Positions 10,151-19,958 of a stretch of 64,000 nt of DNA are shown here, one piece after another. The notes below the pieces were generated by a model. It was given only the letters and a program-made list of their open reading frames with translations, did no database searches and was not told where the DNA came from. The stretch is from an uncultured Pseudomonadota bacterium (GTDB taxonomy: Bacteria; Bdellovibrionota_B; Oligoflexia; Oligoflexales; CAIYRB01): positions 81,938 through 145,937 of the forward strand of contig CAIWTN010000088.1 of NCBI GenBank assembly GCA_903915625.1, given 5' to 3'. The translations under genes were made by a program, and so were the position numbers. Position 1 is the first letter of the stretch. The number at the start of each line of letters is the position of its first letter.

Positions 10151-10786
10151 TCAGCCGGCCTTTTTAACGAAGGCAAGTATAGTCTTCGCCTCCTCGCCCT
10201 GATCTTTAGTGACTAAGCGCTCAACTTTTCTCTTGCCACGCAAGACCTGGCGCAACAATTTCCTATCGCCTAAAAGCTCCGCTAATCTAACGAAGCTGGC
10301 ACGCAGCTCCATCCCACGATTAATAAATGCATGAAGCTCATCAATGGAAAATGGCTTTCTTAAGAACCCATCTGCTTCACCTTCAGCCTCAGTCTCTTGA
10401 TCCGACGATAACATCGCCCCGCTTATCAGCAGGACAGGAATCCTCGGATCGTGACGCCTTACCTTGCGCATTAGCTGAAATCCGTCTATGCGAGGCATCC
10501 GAATATCGCACAAGACTAAATCGATCTCTTTTTCTTTAAACGTGGCCACAGCCTCTTTGGCATTTTTGACCACGATAACTTTGGAAAAGAATTTATTCAG
10601 GTGAATTTTGAAGAACTTAAGCAGGGTATTGTCATCGTCCACAACGAGAATGTAACTGATCCTGTCATAGTTACGTACACTATTGTTACCAATAGGAAGG
10701 TTACCCTCGTTTTGTCCGTGCTGATCCGACGTCATTGACCCCTCGCTCAAGATAGCTCGAGAGCTCTTCGGAGGATTCATGAACAA
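10151..10786 (-). CDS. stand-alone response-regulator receiver protein
   Basis: The receiver signature is present: ILVVDDD ... DLVLCDIRMPRIDGF ... PVLLISG ... LRKPF. No DNA-binding or enzymatic output domain is visible. There is an N-extension of about 40 aa and a helical C-tail of about 65 aa. Confidence 0.8.
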   Translation of the reverse strand: MFMNPPKSSRAILSEGSMTSDQHGQNEGNLPIGNNSVRNYDRISYILVVDDDNTLLKFFKIHLNKFFSKVIVVKNAKEAVATFKEKEIDLVLCDIRMPRIDGFQLMRKVRRHDPRIPVLLISGAMLSSDQETEAEGEADGFLRKPFSIDELHAFINRGMELRASFVRLAELLGDRKLLRQVLRGKRKVERLVTKDQGEEAKTILAFVKKAG

Positions 10787-10834
10787 CTTAAGAAGGAAAT
10801 CACTTCTAAAAATTTATCGCAGTGAAATCGGACA

Positions 10835-12064
10835 CTAACGAACAGCCACTGGCTGCAGCTCGTTGATATACGAACGAGCTAGGTCCTTGACCTCCACGCT
10901 TGCGCCAGACGTTTGGGTCACCTCCCGAAACAACCTTACCGCCTCATTGGGGCGCTTCAGTTGATCAGCAAAAAGCACGCCCAAATTGAATCTCGCATAT
11001 GGATTGTCGGGACCTATATCGACCGCCTTGGAAAAGGATGTCTTCGCGCCACTGTAATTTCCCTGACGTTTTTGCACTACACCCAGGGCTACCAAGGCAT
11101 CAACATTTTGAGGATCAAGTTTAAGTGCCTGCAGGAGGTCCTCTTCAGCAGCACTGAATTCCATACTTTCGGTGCTAAGCACCGCACGATTCACCAATGC
11201 AGGAGAATAAGCTGGCGAAACTTGCAAAGCTTTATCAAACAGAATTCTTGCCTCATCCGCCAATTTTCTCTTCTGCATAATCACGCCCAGCAAATTTAGT
11301 AAGCTGGCACTATCTTGGACTCGATCAAGACCGCGACGCACGACAAACTCAGCTACAGAATCTCGACCGACAGCCATATATGAAGCACCAAGAGCCGCAT
11401 ATGCCGGCGCAAATGACTTATCGATACCGATTAAGTCACTTAATACCTTGTGACCTTTTTCCCGATCACCGCGCGAAACATAAGCCAATGCGAGCGTATA
11501 GCGATATTTGAAAATAAGCGATTGCGCTACACCATCTTGAGTACTGATAGCCTCTTTTGCTTGCGCCAAAAAGTCAAAGGCATCGGTATATCGCTGAAGA
11601 CGCAGGTAAAGTGCAGCGAGTTCAAGCATCGCTTCAGTATTACCACTATCTCGACGCAAAGCCTGCCTATAAGACGATTCAGCCGCTACTAGCCTACCGA
11701 TCACCAGCTCAGCCTTACCTTTAGCAATCAAATCTGCAGCAGAATCTCTCGCCTTCCAAGTATCTAGACGCTGCTCCAGCAGAGAACGCTCTTTAGCGTT
11801 TGGTGGCGGCTTAAAAAATGAGCGCCAATTTGTAGCAGCGTCGAGAGGAATACCGTTAGAATTTTTAATTTTCTTATCTAGAGCAGTGCCCAGATTATTT
11901 TTATTTTTCGACTTTGAACTTGCCGTCATCCCGATATCTAAATCCAGATCATTTCCATCCGCTGACTCACCAGAAATCCCTGCACAACCTGAAGTTGTGA
12001 GGAAGGAAATCGTTAGGATCGACATGATCAATGATCTCAGCTTTACCATGATCAAAGACTCCAA
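10835..12064 (-). CDS. TPR-repeat lipoprotein
   Basis: The ATG at 12049 gives MVKLRSLIMSILTISFLTTSG|C (lipobox). The remainder is made of TPR units (for example ALRRDSGNTEAMLELAALYLRLQRYTDA and ALKLDPQNVDALVALGVVQKRQGNY). The start is 2 nt from the upstream stop, or overlaps it if the TTG at 12064 is used. Confidence 0.8.
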   Translation of the reverse strand: MESLIMVKLRSLIMSILTISFLTTSGCAGISGESADGNDLDLDIGMTASSKSKNKNNLGTALDKKIKNSNGIPLDAATNWRSFFKPPPNAKERSLLEQRLDTWKARDSAADLIAKGKAELVIGRLVAAESSYRQALRRDSGNTEAMLELAALYLRLQRYTDAFDFLAQAKEAISTQDGVAQSLIFKYRYTLALAYVSRGDREKGHKVLSDLIGIDKSFAPAYAALGASYMAVGRDSVAEFVVRRGLDRVQDSASLLNLLGVIMQKRKLADEARILFDKALQVSPAYSPALVNRAVLSTESMEFSAAEEDLLQALKLDPQNVDALVALGVVQKRQGNYSGAKTSFSKAVDIGPDNPYARFNLGVLFADQLKRPNEAVRLFREVTQTSGASVEVKDLARSYINELQPVAVR

Positions 12065-15000
12065 TCGGAGGGGATATTGTTCTGTGTCGCGGTCGGCATT
12101 ATATCTTTATGACGGTTAGTCTCATCAGAGGTCGCAGCCCCACTAAGCCTCATGGTTGATTTATTTGTCCACTCATTGTCCCGGTACTGACTCGGGTTCT
12201 TACGAGCCGCAAGAACATTTGCACTAAAGTATTTTCGACTCAGTGCCTGCAGCCTCAGGATTGTCGCATTATAGCGACTTTGCGATTTAAGAGTCACCGA
12301 CTCACCACTGCGATTTGGAATCGCGGCGATTTCGTTAGATAAGGTCTCAGCTGCAGCTCCGATATAAAACCGAGCTTCACTAGCCCAGCGAGGATCTCCT
12401 GCGGCTGCGGCACGATCATATTCTGCAACCAAATTTGCAAAATATTCGCTCTTCTTATCGACATTGGCGCTTATATCGCCACCCCGCTCAACAATATGGA
12501 AATCATCAAATTGCCGCCTAGCTTCGTCGCCCAACATCACATGAGCCTCTCCAGATAAAGCAGCAAACTCCTGCGCCGACATCTTAGCTGCATTTTTATC
12601 TATTTGCTTCGCCAAAACAGTAAGATCGTCTAGAGCCTCCTGCTCTGATCCTGACTTAAATGTTAGACGCGCAACCTGCAGCTGAGCAACATAACGTTCA
12701 GCTGCAGTGCGGCTTGCTCGCTGGCCCTTACGCGCTATTTGCAGGGCTCGATTTGGATTGCCATCTTTTTCTAAATGATCTGCCGCACGGGCATAGTTAA
12801 CCCGACGTTGCTTCTCAGATGCAGATCTTTCGGCCTGCATCATCGCCGAACGCGCTGCGAGAGCAAAGTCACCCTCGGCCAGGGCGAGTCGCTCTGCCCT
12901 AACAGCGCTGGTTAAAGCGCGTGGATGAGTCGAAAATTTTTCAGCCAAATCGGCATAACTCTTAGCAGCATCATGCAATCGCAATTGGTACTCTTGAGAG
13001 CGCGCTAAAAGATAGAGCATGTCTCCCCGGTACATAGGCAAACCAGCACTGAGATAGTTTTCAGCTGATTTCTGTGCCGCGCTCCAATCGCCACCAATAG
13101 CAAGATGATAAGCACCATCGCGATAAATCCGGTCCCGCTCGGGAAGTTTGGGAAACTCCTCAGCAATTCCTACCATTAACTCACCAGCCTCGGCCATCTT
13201 ACCGGTTCCGACTAATATCTTACCTTGTTCAATGGTAGCGGCTGACAGAACACCAGTCAGCTCTGTAGCAATGGTAAGGCCCATTGCCGACCAGTCCTCT
13301 AGCTTCAGGTAACGGCGCGCAGCGTCTACTACTTCCGCCGGACTTCCTATCTTCAGAGCAGTCAAAATCAATCCGCGGACAGCGATCCCGCGTTGTGGTG
13401 GTGATGGTTGCGACACCAAAACTCTTTGCCAATAGCGACTAGCCTCTGCCATCCGGTTCATATCGCGATTAGTACTCGCGCCAACTAATAGCAAGTCAAC
13501 TGCTCTACTCTGCCCAGCAAAGCGAGCTGAGAACTCATCGATGCTCTTCTCTAAGTCGCCAAGAGCTACAAGAGTTGCGGCATCTTTATAAGAATCTTCA
13601 TTATGAGATATTGCTTTACCAAAAGCCTCCCGCCACCTTTTTTCGTTGGTCAGGACTAACTGATAGGATGCGATCTGCAGTGTTTCACTATCGACCTTAA
13701 AATCGGTTTTAAGAGCGCTATATAGCTTTGCAGCCTCTTCAATATTTTCCGAAAAATAAGCACAATGTGCACGCCTTAGACGCCATTCATTTGCTGATGA
13801 ATCGTTAGGGGCAAAGTCTAACAACATCTCGTAAAAGGATGCTGCTGCGATGAAAACCTTACTGTTGCCCGAGGCCAGCCCTATGTCATAGTTTTGCGCT
13901 GCAACAAATTCTACGGCCTTGCGAGATGCGTCTTCCATACCGTGAATCGCAATCAAGTCAGTTTTATAGCGTGCCCGCCATAGACTTTGCGAAGGCAATA
14001 GGAGCGCCAAATTCTCCAGATCCTGAAGACGTTTGGCTGGGTTTCCTAGCTTTGACCACGCATCAGCCGTTACTTGTAGAATCTCCGGCCTTTCGCGAGC
14101 CATCGGCACCTCCTGGACGAGGTAATCACCTAGCTCTGCTGCCTGTAAATAGATCGCATTAGCGTAATAGCGCTTAACTGTCCGCAACCCAATCGCACCG
14201 ATGTAATCATTAAGTTCGCGGCGCCTAAGCGTACCAAAAGTCTTTTCCGCGACATTTTGTTCGTATAATGAGTCGCCAATCAGCTCAATCGCATCGCGTT
14301 GAATTTGGCGCTTTTGCTCTGCAGACCCGGTGTGAATGGAAGGCGTTAAAAGATCAATTGCGGCAGAGATCGCAACTTCCAACTCGGTAGCTCTATATGC
14401 TGCCCACCCAAGTCGATAGTCTAACCGCACTCTTTCGTACTCTGGATCCTCTGCATTCACTGAAGGTAAAAGCGCCAATGCCTTTTGATAGGCGCGCATT
14501 GCATCTAATGGCTTTTCACGCTTAAACATATAATCACCTACAGCGATTCTCGCATGAACACCATATATTGTGGTTTGCGCTGTCGCCGCCAGACTCTGCC
14601 AGACTGCCAGAGCCTCATCATCGCGCCCCATCGCAGCAAATACGGTGGCGCGCAGATAAATTGCCTGTTCGCGGTACGCGAACGTTCTATAATTAGCATC
14701 AAGATCATTGAGTATGGCTAGGGACTCACTTCGCGCGAATGTTCCTGCGTCAGGATCTTCGGACGACTGATGCTCCCCAATTAGGGATAATATTTGGGCC
14801 AGATTTAACATGACATAGGGACGACTCTCGACATTCAAATGTGATGTCAAATGTGAGCGATAAGTACTTGCAGATTTCTGCAACGAGGCCAATTCAGATG
14901 CCGAAATTTTTGCGCGTTCCCGCTGGTAGCTCTTTTTAACCTGCAGCCACGCGTCGTTGAATCGCTTCTCGCCGTCCCTTAGAAGAGAATATTCATAAGC

Positions 15001-15159
15001 TTCAAAAGCATTCCAATATTTTTTTAAAGCGTCCACTGCTTGTGGATCTGCAACTTCAGCCGGAAAATCCGACTTAGCCTCGGCCAAAGCCCATTGAGCC
15101 TGCATGAACAGACCCACAGCTAGAATAATAAAATTAGTGATTAATTTGGCCATTGCCAC
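12052..15159 (-). CDS. very large exported TPR-like helical-repeat protein
   Basis: 1035 aa. The signal peptide is KLITNFIILAVGLFMQAQWALA|EA, and helical repeats rich in A/L/Y/R run throughout. The start (GTG 15159 or ATG 15153) overlaps the upstream gene by 13-19 nt. Confidence 0.75.
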   Translation of the reverse strand: MAMAKLITNFIILAVGLFMQAQWALAEAKSDFPAEVADPQAVDALKKYWNAFEAYEYSLLRDGEKRFNDAWLQVKKSYQRERAKISASELASLQKSASTYRSHLTSHLNVESRPYVMLNLAQILSLIGEHQSSEDPDAGTFARSESLAILNDLDANYRTFAYREQAIYLRATVFAAMGRDDEALAVWQSLAATAQTTIYGVHARIAVGDYMFKREKPLDAMRAYQKALALLPSVNAEDPEYERVRLDYRLGWAAYRATELEVAISAAIDLLTPSIHTGSAEQKRQIQRDAIELIGDSLYEQNVAEKTFGTLRRRELNDYIGAIGLRTVKRYYANAIYLQAAELGDYLVQEVPMARERPEILQVTADAWSKLGNPAKRLQDLENLALLLPSQSLWRARYKTDLIAIHGMEDASRKAVEFVAAQNYDIGLASGNSKVFIAAASFYEMLLDFAPNDSSANEWRLRRAHCAYFSENIEEAAKLYSALKTDFKVDSETLQIASYQLVLTNEKRWREAFGKAISHNEDSYKDAATLVALGDLEKSIDEFSARFAGQSRAVDLLLVGASTNRDMNRMAEASRYWQRVLVSQPSPPQRGIAVRGLILTALKIGSPAEVVDAARRYLKLEDWSAMGLTIATELTGVLSAATIEQGKILVGTGKMAEAGELMVGIAEEFPKLPERDRIYRDGAYHLAIGGDWSAAQKSAENYLSAGLPMYRGDMLYLLARSQEYQLRLHDAAKSYADLAEKFSTHPRALTSAVRAERLALAEGDFALAARSAMMQAERSASEKQRRVNYARAADHLEKDGNPNRALQIARKGQRASRTAAERYVAQLQVARLTFKSGSEQEALDDLTVLAKQIDKNAAKMSAQEFAALSGEAHVMLGDEARRQFDDFHIVERGGDISANVDKKSEYFANLVAEYDRAAAAGDPRWASEARFYIGAAAETLSNEIAAIPNRSGESVTLKSQSRYNATILRLQALSRKYFSANVLAARKNPSQYRDNEWTNKSTMRLSGAATSDETNRHKDIMPTATQNNIPSDWSL

Positions 15160-17483
15160 AATGCTCCTTGTTGGAGACCCAAGAGATTGTCACGTAGAAT
15201 CTGTTGCTCTAGATTATTCCGTTCCTGCAACTTCTTGTCTTCTTCTAGACTGTTTTTATAATTTAGATAATCAATGTCGCCCTGCCATTTTTGATTGCGA
15301 GCGAATCGCTCACTAATCGCACGGCTATACTGATCAACTATAGAGGACAAGGTCTGCCCTAGATGGTTAGCCAGCATATTTGTGACATCGTTTAATTGTC
15401 CATTTAACTCATCAAAACGACGTTCTTGGCCATCCAGATCACTTAGCAAACTCGAAAGTCCACTGCCGATATCTCTATCTAACGTTTCCATTTGCTTAAA
15501 AAGTGTAGATGCCAGAAAGCGCCATTGCTCCCAGGATTTCGCTATATCGTCTGCGTTTAAGCGCTCAGCCGGCGAAGCGACCTTATCGCGAATCTTAGCA
15601 AGGACACCTTCCTCTTCAACAAGAGCAGCAGAATAAGATGCAAAAAACCTCCCGGAGGCGCGATGAGGACTATCATTAAGCAAGTCAGATACTCGACGAC
15701 GTCGCACCGCTTCTAGAGACTTTGCCACGTACTCCTGAAGTTTTCCCGATCTTGTACGCAGCTCAGTTAGCCTGGCCTTAGGATCAGCAAAGGCCTTCCC
15801 CTTATTCATTGAATCGCTCAGGAATTGACTCGATGCGATCTCGGCCTGAGCAAAATTAAGCCGGACCGATGCATCGGCTAAGCGTTTTGTCATGCCAGCA
15901 AACGTAGTAAAACTCTCCCAATTACTCGCACGCCGGTGACTGACAGCTGCTGAACTCAATAAACTTGCGCGCCGATTGAAAGATGCATCTAACCTCTGCT
16001 TGTCGATTTCTGAAATCCTCGTTTCATACAGGTGCCTTTCAACCGCAATTAAACGATGTCCAATCTTTAATAATTCGTCAGCGTCACTTCCCAGCTGAGT
16101 CGATTTATTTACCCAGAATGGACGAATATCGTCGATATTAGCTCTACCAACAGTGAAGATCGTATTACGGACAGATCCTCGAATATCTGTGAGACGCCGA
16201 GAAAGCTCGGCTAATCTAGAGTAGAATTCAGCCGACACACGGACCGAGGGAGGCACAGGTAACTGAGCACCAGTCATCGACGAAATGTCGTCTAGTGTCG
16301 TTTGATTAATCGTCGCTTGATTACCTAAATTCCTATATAACCATGCCTTTATGTCATTTAATCTCTTGTCCGCAGCGACTATCGATTCACGCGCCGACTT
16401 TAGATCACCTGCACGCATATCAAGATACGCCAACAGCATTCGTATCTGCAGCGCATCAGGACCATCAGGCCAACGGCTCAGATATAACAAAGACTTTGCG
16501 CGTGCCTCGCCGTCTTGTTTAAGATCTAGATGGACATATACACTTTCGAATACCGCATCTTTAAATGCAATAGAATCAGCATCTATTAGTTTGTACAACT
16601 TAAGGCTAGTCTCGCGCTTCCTCTGCTTAACGGCCAAACGCGCTAGCGCTAATCTACCAAGGTCACGCGTGGAATCGTCCTTATCTATAAGGATAACTTG
16701 CCCAAGGATATCCTCGGCCAGGTCAAATTCCTTACGGCCGAGAGCTAGTATAGCAAGCATATACATGGATTTTGCTTTGATCACTGGATCGTTCGGGGAT
16801 GCTGCCGCACGCTCAAACCAAGTCGTTGCAATTTTATCTTCACCGGCATTAGCCGCTGCTTTGGCAACGTAGTAATAAATTAATGGTTGCACGTCCTGAG
16901 GCAGATCCAAACTTGTGATCGAAGCCAACAACTGCCTTAGTTCATTCTTATTTCCGACGGAACTAGAAAGAGGAATCATTCGCCTAAGGACATCTATCAG
17001 TTCCTCGTGATCTTGGGACTCAGCAGTGAGAAAACTCGAAAGATAGCGAAAGTATGCGCGAAGAGCCTTTTCTTTGTACTGCAGACCCTCATATGCTAGC
17101 CCAAGCATATACTGCGCTTTAAGGTAACTTTTAATCTCTGGAACCTGAGTTTGATTTAAAAAGTTATTAAATTCACGTATCGCAGAAGTCCACTCTTTGT
17201 GCGAGAAAAACTCGAGGGCATTGCTCCATGACCGCTCAGCTGAAGCTGTTTGAGGACCGAGACCAAGGCGTCCATTCAGATTTTCATTGGCGTCGAGGCG
17301 GCGACTCCAATTGTTGAGATCGGTCTTTATGAGCTCCAACTCCGTTTCTGGCTCCTTGACGCTGTTGGCAGGAGCACGAGCAGGATCGGCTCGTAGCGAC
17401 TGCGACACAACAAAAAAGACTACTAATGCAGCGAAATATTGCATAATTTTCACTATAAAATATTTTGAAATGCTGGATCTCAA
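15141..17483 (-). CDS. large exported TPR (N-half) / coiled-coil (C-half) protein
   Basis: 780 aa. The TTG at 17483 overlaps the upstream stop (TTGA) and has an AAGGA Shine-Dalgarno 6 nt upstream. The signal peptide is ...MQYFAALVVFFVVSQSLRA|DP. The N-half is TPR-like and the C-half is heptad-rich. Confidence 0.75.
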   Translation of the reverse strand: MRSSISKYFIVKIMQYFAALVVFFVVSQSLRADPARAPANSVKEPETELELIKTDLNNWSRRLDANENLNGRLGLGPQTASAERSWSNALEFFSHKEWTSAIREFNNFLNQTQVPEIKSYLKAQYMLGLAYEGLQYKEKALRAYFRYLSSFLTAESQDHEELIDVLRRMIPLSSSVGNKNELRQLLASITSLDLPQDVQPLIYYYVAKAAANAGEDKIATTWFERAAASPNDPVIKAKSMYMLAILALGRKEFDLAEDILGQVILIDKDDSTRDLGRLALARLAVKQRKRETSLKLYKLIDADSIAFKDAVFESVYVHLDLKQDGEARAKSLLYLSRWPDGPDALQIRMLLAYLDMRAGDLKSARESIVAADKRLNDIKAWLYRNLGNQATINQTTLDDISSMTGAQLPVPPSVRVSAEFYSRLAELSRRLTDIRGSVRNTIFTVGRANIDDIRPFWVNKSTQLGSDADELLKIGHRLIAVERHLYETRISEIDKQRLDASFNRRASLLSSAAVSHRRASNWESFTTFAGMTKRLADASVRLNFAQAEIASSQFLSDSMNKGKAFADPKARLTELRTRSGKLQEYVAKSLEAVRRRRVSDLLNDSPHRASGRFFASYSAALVEEEGVLAKIRDKVASPAERLNADDIAKSWEQWRFLASTLFKQMETLDRDIGSGLSSLLSDLDGQERRFDELNGQLNDVTNMLANHLGQTLSSIVDQYSRAISERFARNQKWQGDIDYLNYKNSLEEDKKLQERNNLEQQILRDNLLGLQQGALWQWPN

Positions 17484-18244
17484 ATGATTTCCTTAATTGT
17501 CGCATCAGGATTTTCATCAAGTTTTTCTGGTGGTTTAATCGCTATGACAAATCGACTTTTGCTAGAAGCACCGGTGATCTTCAAAGTAAAACTCTTACTG
17601 ATAAAGCGATAAACATCGCCATTCAAAGGTAATTCAGGGTTTTGACGCAGTACTAAGCGCACCTCCAAATCGAGCCGATGCGCACCAGGCTGTAACGGTC
17701 CCGCATACACAGGCACTGACTTTGACGGCAGCCACATGCCAGCAGCATCTGAAAGACTATAAAGATCATAACCATCAAGCTTGATTTGAAGTGACTTAAT
17801 GGCAGCTCTGTCAGTCTCTATTAACTCAGCATCTACAGAGACATAATTATTAACCGCTGCCTCATCGACCACTGTTTGCTTGGTTTTCTGCACATTGCCA
17901 GCCAATTGATCAACCTGTCGCTCTAGATCCTTGATGAGGAGATCAATCGCTTTAAGTTTGTCTTTATCCGGAGTCGATGCCTCAACCTTGCCACCTTTGA
18001 ACTTGAATTTTTTACTGGTTTTTTCGGGTGAACTCTTCAAGAAGCCAGGATCACTTTGGCGCTCGCCAAAAGTCAAGCCATCCGCCTCTTGATCTAGTAA
18101 ACGTTTCTCCAAGCGATCCAATATCGAATCAACGTGGCCGACTGCACCATCCTGGGCGAAGGCCACTCCTTGGGTCGCAAAGCACATAAGAAAGAAGCAA
18201 AGACTGGAAAAAACTTTTTTAAACATCTTCATAATGGCAGTCAT
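17480..18244 (-). CDS. exported protein, coiled-coil plus beta-rich C-domain, unknown function
   Basis: 254 aa with signal peptide FSSLCFFLMCFATQGVAFA|Q. Its ATG overlaps the stop of the lytic transglycosylase gene (ATGA at 18241-18244). Confidence 0.65.
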   Translation of the reverse strand: MTAIMKMFKKVFSSLCFFLMCFATQGVAFAQDGAVGHVDSILDRLEKRLLDQEADGLTFGERQSDPGFLKSSPEKTSKKFKFKGGKVEASTPDKDKLKAIDLLIKDLERQVDQLAGNVQKTKQTVVDEAAVNNYVSVDAELIETDRAAIKSLQIKLDGYDLYSLSDAAGMWLPSKSVPVYAGPLQPGAHRLDLEVRLVLRQNPELPLNGDVYRFISKSFTLKITGASSKSRFVIAIKPPEKLDENPDATIKEII

Positions 18245-19488
18245 CTCCGGGCATAGCGCTTGGCTTGAAAAGTTCGAATCCCTAACTTGATGGCCTTGGC
18301 CTGCCGCTTGGGCACTTTAATTTCGTAAAAGGCTGGCAGAGGTCGCTGGAAACCAGCCGAAAGTGCTGTGTCCAGCAGACATGGATTTAATGACGCGAGA
18401 ATTTCTTTGGACAGCGTCGTATTCTGAACAAGTTGAGCAACGGATATTGGATGCTGCAAAATTACCGATGACGTCGCAATGGTAGGATCCGCTTTCGGAA
18501 TTTTTTTCTGCCGATAGAGTCGATCATAGCTATCTGCTGCTGCCAGAAACTCGGAATAGAAACTCCGACTCGCGAAGCCAAAACTAGGTGATGTATAAGT
18601 CTCGACAATCGAGCCTATATCCTTTGTGCCTAACTTTTTGACTGCCTTTGCCATGCCCACGACGCCATGGTTGTAGGCTGTGATCGCTAGTGGCCAGCTA
18701 CCAAGCATGCGGTAATTGTTTGCCAGAAACTGGGCCGCCGCTTTGGTTGACTTTTCAGGAGAATTTCGTTCATCAATCAAATTATTCACAAAAATATAAT
18801 GGCGAGCCGTTTGTGGCATGAATTGCCATATGCCAGAGGCTCCGACTTTTGACCGAGCCCTAAGATTAAACATCGATTCCACAAAAGGCAGGCGAGTTAG
18901 GATCGTAGGTACACCGTAGCGCAGAAAAATCTTTTCCATAGTCGGCAGATGCACCTGCGCATTCTTAGACGCAAAGATAAAATCATCAGCAAGACCGCTC
19001 TGAGCTCTCAGCTTTACCTCGCCCTTATAAAGACGCTGAAGCGCAGCCGGACTAGAGCGATACGCTTCAAATAAACGTTTTTCTGCCTCGCCTCTTTGAA
19101 TGGCAGCCTCGCCCTCTTTCGCAAAATGTTCTGCAGCGCTTAAATACTGCTTGAGGTTACGAGTCGTAACTTCATCACGATTTTTGCGGGGTACAGTAAA
19201 GGAATTTTTATTTTTCTCGGAAGGAGAATAGTCAATGATTTCGACGACTCGATCTGGATCAAACGCATCATGAACCACTACGGTAGTCGATGGATATTCG
19301 TAAAATATCTTTCGCCAAAACCTGACCTGTTTGCGCACGGCAGCAGGACGCGGGAATAAATCATCGTCTCGAATCATGGTCGACTTCAAGTCACGCGTGC
19401 CAGTCACCACCGCAAATGCTGGGCCCGCTGCACTGCAGCTGACCACAGTACACAGGAGGGTTTTGGCCAAGCGTAAGCTGGACGTCAC
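18241..19488 (-). CDS. lytic murein transglycosylase (SLT domain, MltD-like)
   Basis: 415 aa with a signal peptide (LLCTVVSCSAAGPAFA|V). The SLT catalytic region reads FVESMFNLRARSKVGASGIWQFMPQTARHY...AYNHG. The C-terminal segment is LysM-like. Confidence 0.8.
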   Translation of the reverse strand: MTSSLRLAKTLLCTVVSCSAAGPAFAVVTGTRDLKSTMIRDDDLFPRPAAVRKQVRFWRKIFYEYPSTTVVVHDAFDPDRVVEIIDYSPSEKNKNSFTVPRKNRDEVTTRNLKQYLSAAEHFAKEGEAAIQRGEAEKRLFEAYRSSPAALQRLYKGEVKLRAQSGLADDFIFASKNAQVHLPTMEKIFLRYGVPTILTRLPFVESMFNLRARSKVGASGIWQFMPQTARHYIFVNNLIDERNSPEKSTKAAAQFLANNYRMLGSWPLAITAYNHGVVGMAKAVKKLGTKDIGSIVETYTSPSFGFASRSFYSEFLAAADSYDRLYRQKKIPKADPTIATSSVILQHPISVAQLVQNTTLSKEILASLNPCLLDTALSAGFQRPLPAFYEIKVPKRQAKAIKLGIRTFQAKRYARR

Positions 19489-19756
19489 GACAAAGACTCC
19501 GAGAGATCTGGTGGTTTGAAATGGGAGATAACGAAGGAACTACAGGCAGACGATGAGATCGAGCGACACAAATGAAAAGGACATATGGAACGATACAATT
19601 AGCCTATTGACAGTATAGCTGCACCCACCGGGGCCGGGCAAACCGGGGGCTACCGGAGGGCGTGACCTCTTTCTATTGACCGTTGCCATAAGTTATAGTA
19701 ACCATCAGAATTCCCTGAAGATTAGGCGCCTCTTTGGCCTAACAAGCATGGTTGAT

Positions 19757-19832
19757 CGGGCCGTAGCGCAGTTGGTAGCGCGCACGCTTGGGGTGCGTGA
19801 GGTCGTGAGTTCGAATCTCGCCGGCCCGACCA
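19757..19832 (+). tRNA. tRNA-Pro (anticodon GGG), CCA encoded
   Basis: CGGGCCG/TA/GCGC-AGTTGGTA-GCGC/G/CACGC-TTGGGGT-GCGTG/AGGTC/GTGAG-TTCGAAT-CTCGC/CGGCCCG/A/CCA. This is a complete cloverleaf with anticodon loop TT-GGG-GT. Confidence 0.93.
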
Positions 19833-19865
19833 AACCCTATTTCGAGGCTTTGCCTTGCACACAGA

Positions 19866-19903
19866 TTCAGAGCCTTCCAGAGGTTCTGAACCGTCTATAT
19901 TTT
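19866..19903 (+). terminator. rho-independent terminator candidate after tRNA-Pro
   Basis: TTCAGAGCC (19866-19874) pairs with GGTTCTGAA (19882-19890): 9 bp including one G-U, loop TTCCAGA. The sequence CCGTCTATATTTTG follows. Confidence 0.5.
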
Positions 19904-19958
19904 GATCTAGGCTGAAAAGCGCGATAGCTCGAGCTAGCGACCTTAGCTCGCAGCTCTT

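Noticed and set aside
16351-16872. 173-aa plus-strand ORF
   Set aside because: It lies antisense inside the 780-aa TPR/coiled-coil gene. The composition is Ser/Arg/Ala-rich and no motif is present. It is a shadow ORF.
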